From Eutreptiella sp. 'Long Island Sound 2002' (taxonomy: Eukaryota; Protista; Euglenida), in contig OZ038378.1 of the NCBI GenBank assembly GCA_964036045.1, positions 181,350,001 through 181,414,000 on the forward strand: a DNA stretch of 64,000 bases. The letters run 5' to 3'. Below the pieces are notes generated by a model that was given only the letters and a program-made list of their open reading frames with translations, was not told the DNA's origin and made no database searches. Shown one piece after another: positions 59,672-64,000 of this stretch (positions are counted from its first letter, which is position 1; every line of letters starts with the position of its first letter). Both the position numbers and the translations under genes were made by a program.

Positions 59672-62600
59672 CTGCATCCCGCCTGCCATTATAAAACAAG
59701 CGCTGCCATCACACAAAATCTAAGATTGCGTTCAATTAAAAGGAGGCGAGGATGCAGGAAATGAAGGCAGGCTGGAGGGTGGCGGGCGAAAGCGGGGGTG
59801 GCATATGCCATCTTTGGCAGGGACAAAGGCCGAGGAACACCGATGCTGTCAGCACGTCAGTTGCACTTCCAGCTACGGCTCGTCCAAGCTGCAACCCCCA
59901 CACGGACTGCGTATTCGCACCGTACAGTACACCGTACAGTAGGCCTACATGAACTCGGCACCTAGACAAAGGAGCACGTTGTTTGTCGGACTACTCTTCC
60001 AAAACCAGATCCCTTACCTCCTCCACGCTGAAAACCCGACTTCCCGTTACGGAATGGTACTGAGCTGCACATAGTACGGCAATACATTGATCCACAGCCA
60101 CCCCTGACTGCAGATATCTCACTGTTGCAGCATGAGGGTGGACGAACTTGCATTGCGACCCTGGCACAAGGACAACCCATTGCCTGAAATATGGAGGCAG
60201 TGCACGGGAACAATGGCAATTGAGAAACATGGAGGCACAAGATTCAAGCATCTATGACAGCACTGATGCAGGCAGGACCGTCTCAACACAGGCAAGAATG
60301 CTTCAAGGCACAATTCAAGGGCTTATCAACCCACTGCGTCATCTGCTGACACAAACGCCTCCTCGGTAAGGCGTTCCCAACACTATCAACTTCAACTATG
60401 GTTCGTTTGAGCACCCCAAAGAAGATTGTGGTGTCCCATATGGCATACTGTCTCACCACTGGACGAAATGTGATGCATTTGGCTGCCAGCGTTGCTGTCA
60501 TTACTCTCACACCTCCTGCAACGTGCACCACTCCCTCCTACCCCACCCCTCTGCCCTCCCTATGTGTTCCTGGCAGTGCCTCAACATTCCGGATCCCTTG
60601 CTTCTCCGCTTCGTTACCACCGTGTCGACGCCAATGCGACTTCTTCTTGCCAACCGTTGCGGACCTCCGAAGTTGGCCTTGCTTTGAGCCAGCTTCGGAT
60701 GGGGGCTCAAGCTGCCCTTGTCAGACAATGCCTGAGCCCCTTTTGGCCCCTACGCCAGCTTTGCGCAATCCCACTCACGACTCAAGAGGAAGCTACTTGT
60801 GGGCTGTACATATCATAGGCCGCTACAACCAGGTTGCCGCCACCAACCCCCAGCAGGGGTGACCGCTTTACATCTTGTTTGGGCCTCCCCAGCCCATCAG
60901 CACATGTTTCATGGTTGGTGCTCTCCAGATCGCCCCCAGCATGTATCAGGGAAGCGGCCTCCGACAACAGTGCGTGTCGGGGCGTCCGCGACCCCCTTCA
61001 GGGGCTGTAAATACCACGTGGGTGTCACCACTGCTGTCCTGAGCATGAAGAGTGTTCACAACCTGCATGACGGATCAGGGTTGCAAAGGCATCCTGCCTA
61101 CGACCGCCTTCCTGAGGGTGCAACCAAGGAGTCCACGACCGCTTGCCTGAGGGCTGAGGGTTGTAAAGGCAACATACCTACCGCCAGTTCCTGCGGGTGG
61201 AAGCACAGCGTCCACAACCACCTGTGGGAGGGCTGAGGGCTACACACCGTACACGGGTGTCGGCAACTTGTCTACAGGTCTAATTGAAAGCCTGACTTCC
61301 CTTGTGTGCATCCCTTGGCCCGTATCATGTACCAAATCAAGCCCAACCAAAAGACCAAAATACCAAAAGAGCCGCAGTTCCGGGAGTGTTGCATTTTGTG
61401 AGTAGGTACTGAGGGCTAAATCGGCGCGTCGCAGGTGTGCCGCAGGGCGCAGCGTAGGCGCCGCAGGCACCGCAGGGCAGGAACAATCCGTTTACACGGC
61501 AGAAACAGTGAAACTTGCAACAAGAAGGGAAAAACACCATTCCATGACCATTTGGAGTACCTGCCTGTACAAAACCCACTGAGTGAACAGCACAAGGACC
61601 ACACTTGAGCCGGGGAAGAGCTTCGAATGCAGGATCTTCAATGAGCAACCAACGACATTTGTGTAGCGCCTCATTGTGCGAATCTGGCGCTCAAAGCATG
61701 GACGTTTGATGACTGGGAAGCAAAGGGGAACCCCTACCTTCTCGGGTAGGAACATAACCCCTGCCTTCTTGAGCATGACCACATGGGCTAAATTATTTTA
61801 CCAACCCCTTCAAATGCACCAAATTGTAGAGGAAGCAAATTTGGTACCCATAGACCGTGGGCGGAATGGCTACATAACCCACATTCCCCATCACCCCAAC
61901 CCCGAGCACCAACACACACGGGTAAGGGGGGGGGGGGGGCTCAAAAAAGAAAAAAGAGTCCCCAAGGGACATATTGCACAGTGTAGAGGGGTGGAGTGTG
62001 AAAAAGTAGTGAATACAATAACAATGAATTGCCTGTCTTATTTGCTGTCAGAATTATTCCTAACGCATGCCGCAAGTGTGCTGTAGGGCGTGCCGCAGGC
62101 GCCGCAGGGGTGTAGCCCTCACTGCCTATTTCTGATCGTATAGGCCAGCCATGCCAATGCCCCGAACAGTGCTTGGCCTGCAATCCAATAGTTCCACATA
62201 GAGAACGCCTGCAGAGGCATGCACACCACACCAAACGCAGGCAAAATAGCAGATTGCAAAAATGGTGTAAAACGTGTTGGTGCCATTGAATCGGAGGCTA
62301 TCCAGCCTTCGTACCATCACAATGTCGCCAACATGCCCCACTATTCTTCGGCAGAGCAGAAATACAAGGGCAGAGGCGGCACGTGAAACGCCCGGCGGGA
62401 CCATCTCGATGCACAAGGGATGCGTCGCAACGCAACACTTCCCTCCCTCTTGGGGAACGCTCACAAGTCCAATGTGTTTGCATCGACGGCCATCGCATCG
62501 CCTCTGCTAAGCGGGAGGAACACTGTGCTGTTCGGGGTGGCATCAGCAAACCGACCGGGGCACCAGGCACCAGGAGGGGGGGGGGGGGGGGCGAGGGCAG

Positions 62601-63040
62601 GCCACGTGCTGCGTGCGGCAAACAGACCACATCCCAAAAGAAGAGGTCGGAGGCAGCAGCAGCTGTCGTGCTGTGGCCGAGGCGGTCTCAAACATCAGAC
62701 AAACATGTCCCAGTCAGCTGCTGGTGTCAGACCAGACGTGCCGCTAGTGTCCGCCAGGCCAGACACCATCAAGCGTGGCCGGGGTCCTACTGAGCTATGT
62801 ACCGAACGCAGCAGATTCCGACTCAGTTGTGGACGTAAGTGAGGCGAGTATTACTGAGTGATATATGTTGTAGGACTGATTCCTTACAAGACCCGAACTC
62901 CCCGCCGGACGGCAGTGGCATGCCTGTGTCCGACACGCCAACAGCAATCCGTTGACGGGTGACGGCCACCCCCACAAGGAAGCAGACACGCCCCCCGAGC
63001 GCAATCCCAACGGCAAAGCCCCAGGAAGCGCCATCGCCAG

Positions 63041-63725
63041 TCACCCTTTGGCCATCCGCAGCGTCCCCTGCGCCGGGACCCCTGAGTCCGAGAGCCCAAG
63101 CGAATCCTGGAGGGCCGCGCCGTTGAATATCAGCTGCACCCGCGGGGCCGGAACGTCGAAGTGCTCTCCGAGCTGCAGCTTGAGCGCCCCGACCGACACG
63201 CTGCGAGCCACCGTGAAAGGCGTCAATTGCCCGGCGAAGATGACGTAGATCTGCATATCAGAGGCAGACAGCTCCGGCTGCTCAACGCGGTGTGGCTGCT
63301 GGTGCAGACGTGCTGGCGGCTGCAGGCTGCTACTTGTGCTGGTCTGTGGCATGCGGCGGGGGCCGGCCGGAAGGGCTGCCGGGATCCAGCTTTGGAGGAG
63401 GGCCAGGGCGCTGGGGACCCCGTGGTCTTCGCCCTCAAACAGCCTCAGCTCTTTGGGCTCCTGCGCCTGCGCAAACAGCCGCTCCGCACAAGACGAGCGG
63501 ATGCACGTGTCCCCCGTCCCGTGCAGAATCAGCAGCGGGATGCCCCGCGCGCCCAGCGCCGCGATGTTGCCGGCCCCTTTGGACTGTCCCGCGATGGTGA
63601 TGACGCCCCGGATGCTCCGACGCAGGGCGCCGCGGCTCAGCCGGTGGGCGGCCTCGATCGCGACCGCGCCGCCCATAGACCAGCCGATGGTGACCATAGG
63701 CCCGAGGCCCTCACTGTGCGCGTAC
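63041..63725 (-). CDS. Alpha/beta-hydrolase fused to a ubiquitin-like domain (exon; gene starts beyond the window)
   Basis: Nucleophile GWSMGG, acid HGTGD and base GEDH. Then MQIYVIF..VGALKLQL..VQLIFNGAALQD..LSDSGV..GTLRM aligns to the ubiquitin fold. Acceptor CTCGCAG| at 63726/63725. Confidence 0.85.
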
Positions 63726-63958
63726 CTGCGAGAGTCGCAAGGAAAATGTGTGGAGCGGAATGACGAGGGAGTGTTGGCACCACGGCGCAGTGACCTACGG
63801 CATTGCACAGCAAACGTATGCCGGCACGACACGATGCAACGGAGCACAGTCTGACAGTACACAACACAATGCAACATAAACAAAACGCACCATGGCACAA
63901 CGCCATGTGTGGCCACAGAAAGGCAGAACGGGCAGGTGCACGGATGGAGGGTGGATAC

Positions 63959-64000
63959 CGCATGCAGGCCATCATGTCCTGCGTGGCCGCCTCCAAATCC
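63959..64000 (-). CDS. Upstream exon (partial) of the hydrolase-UBL gene
   Basis: DLEAATQDMMACM CG|GTATCC joins in phase to G TAC, giving ..MACMRYAHSEG across a 233-nt GT-AG intron (63726-63958). Confidence 0.75.

Overview
This is eukaryotic nuclear DNA: repeat-rich, with GT-AG introns and many poly-G/poly-C runs. A euglenid or other euglenozoan origin is my inference from the repeat vocabulary and from outron-like acceptors just upstream of start codons; the sequence does not prove it. Host genes, all on the minus strand: (1) an intronless TMEM117-family membrane protein (4883-6934/7087); (2) the first exon of a small secreted Cys-rich protein (14310-14507); (3) a complete 12-exon pyruvate phosphate dikinase gene (19502-34930), which I spliced by hand to 2841 nt, 946 aa, all 11 introns GT-AG; (4) the 3' part of an alpha/beta-hydrolase fused to a ubiquitin-like domain (63041-64000); (5) two orphan exon candidates (52981-53158, 59534-59671). 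The rest is mostly mobile DNA. It includes a PHIS/Harbinger-type family with 3-bp TSDs: two near-identical ~0.7-kb MITEs and one derivative carrying a DDE transposase fragment, a Cys-rich finger and an NPPF amino-methyltransferase fragment. Also present are TA-flanked poly-C/poly-G-ended elements, a TTAA-flanked element whose ORF ends in a PIP-like motif, a CAGGG-ended element with a 6-bp TSD and an internal fold-back inserted in a higher-order satellite, two RNase H retroelement relics and a decayed tRNA-like gene. Two signals stand out: the transposase-finger-methyltransferase chimera, and an end design shared by several unrelated TIR families in which a subterminal box is repeated in direct, not inverted, orientation inside both ends. 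No database searches were run; family calls rest on motifs I recognised.
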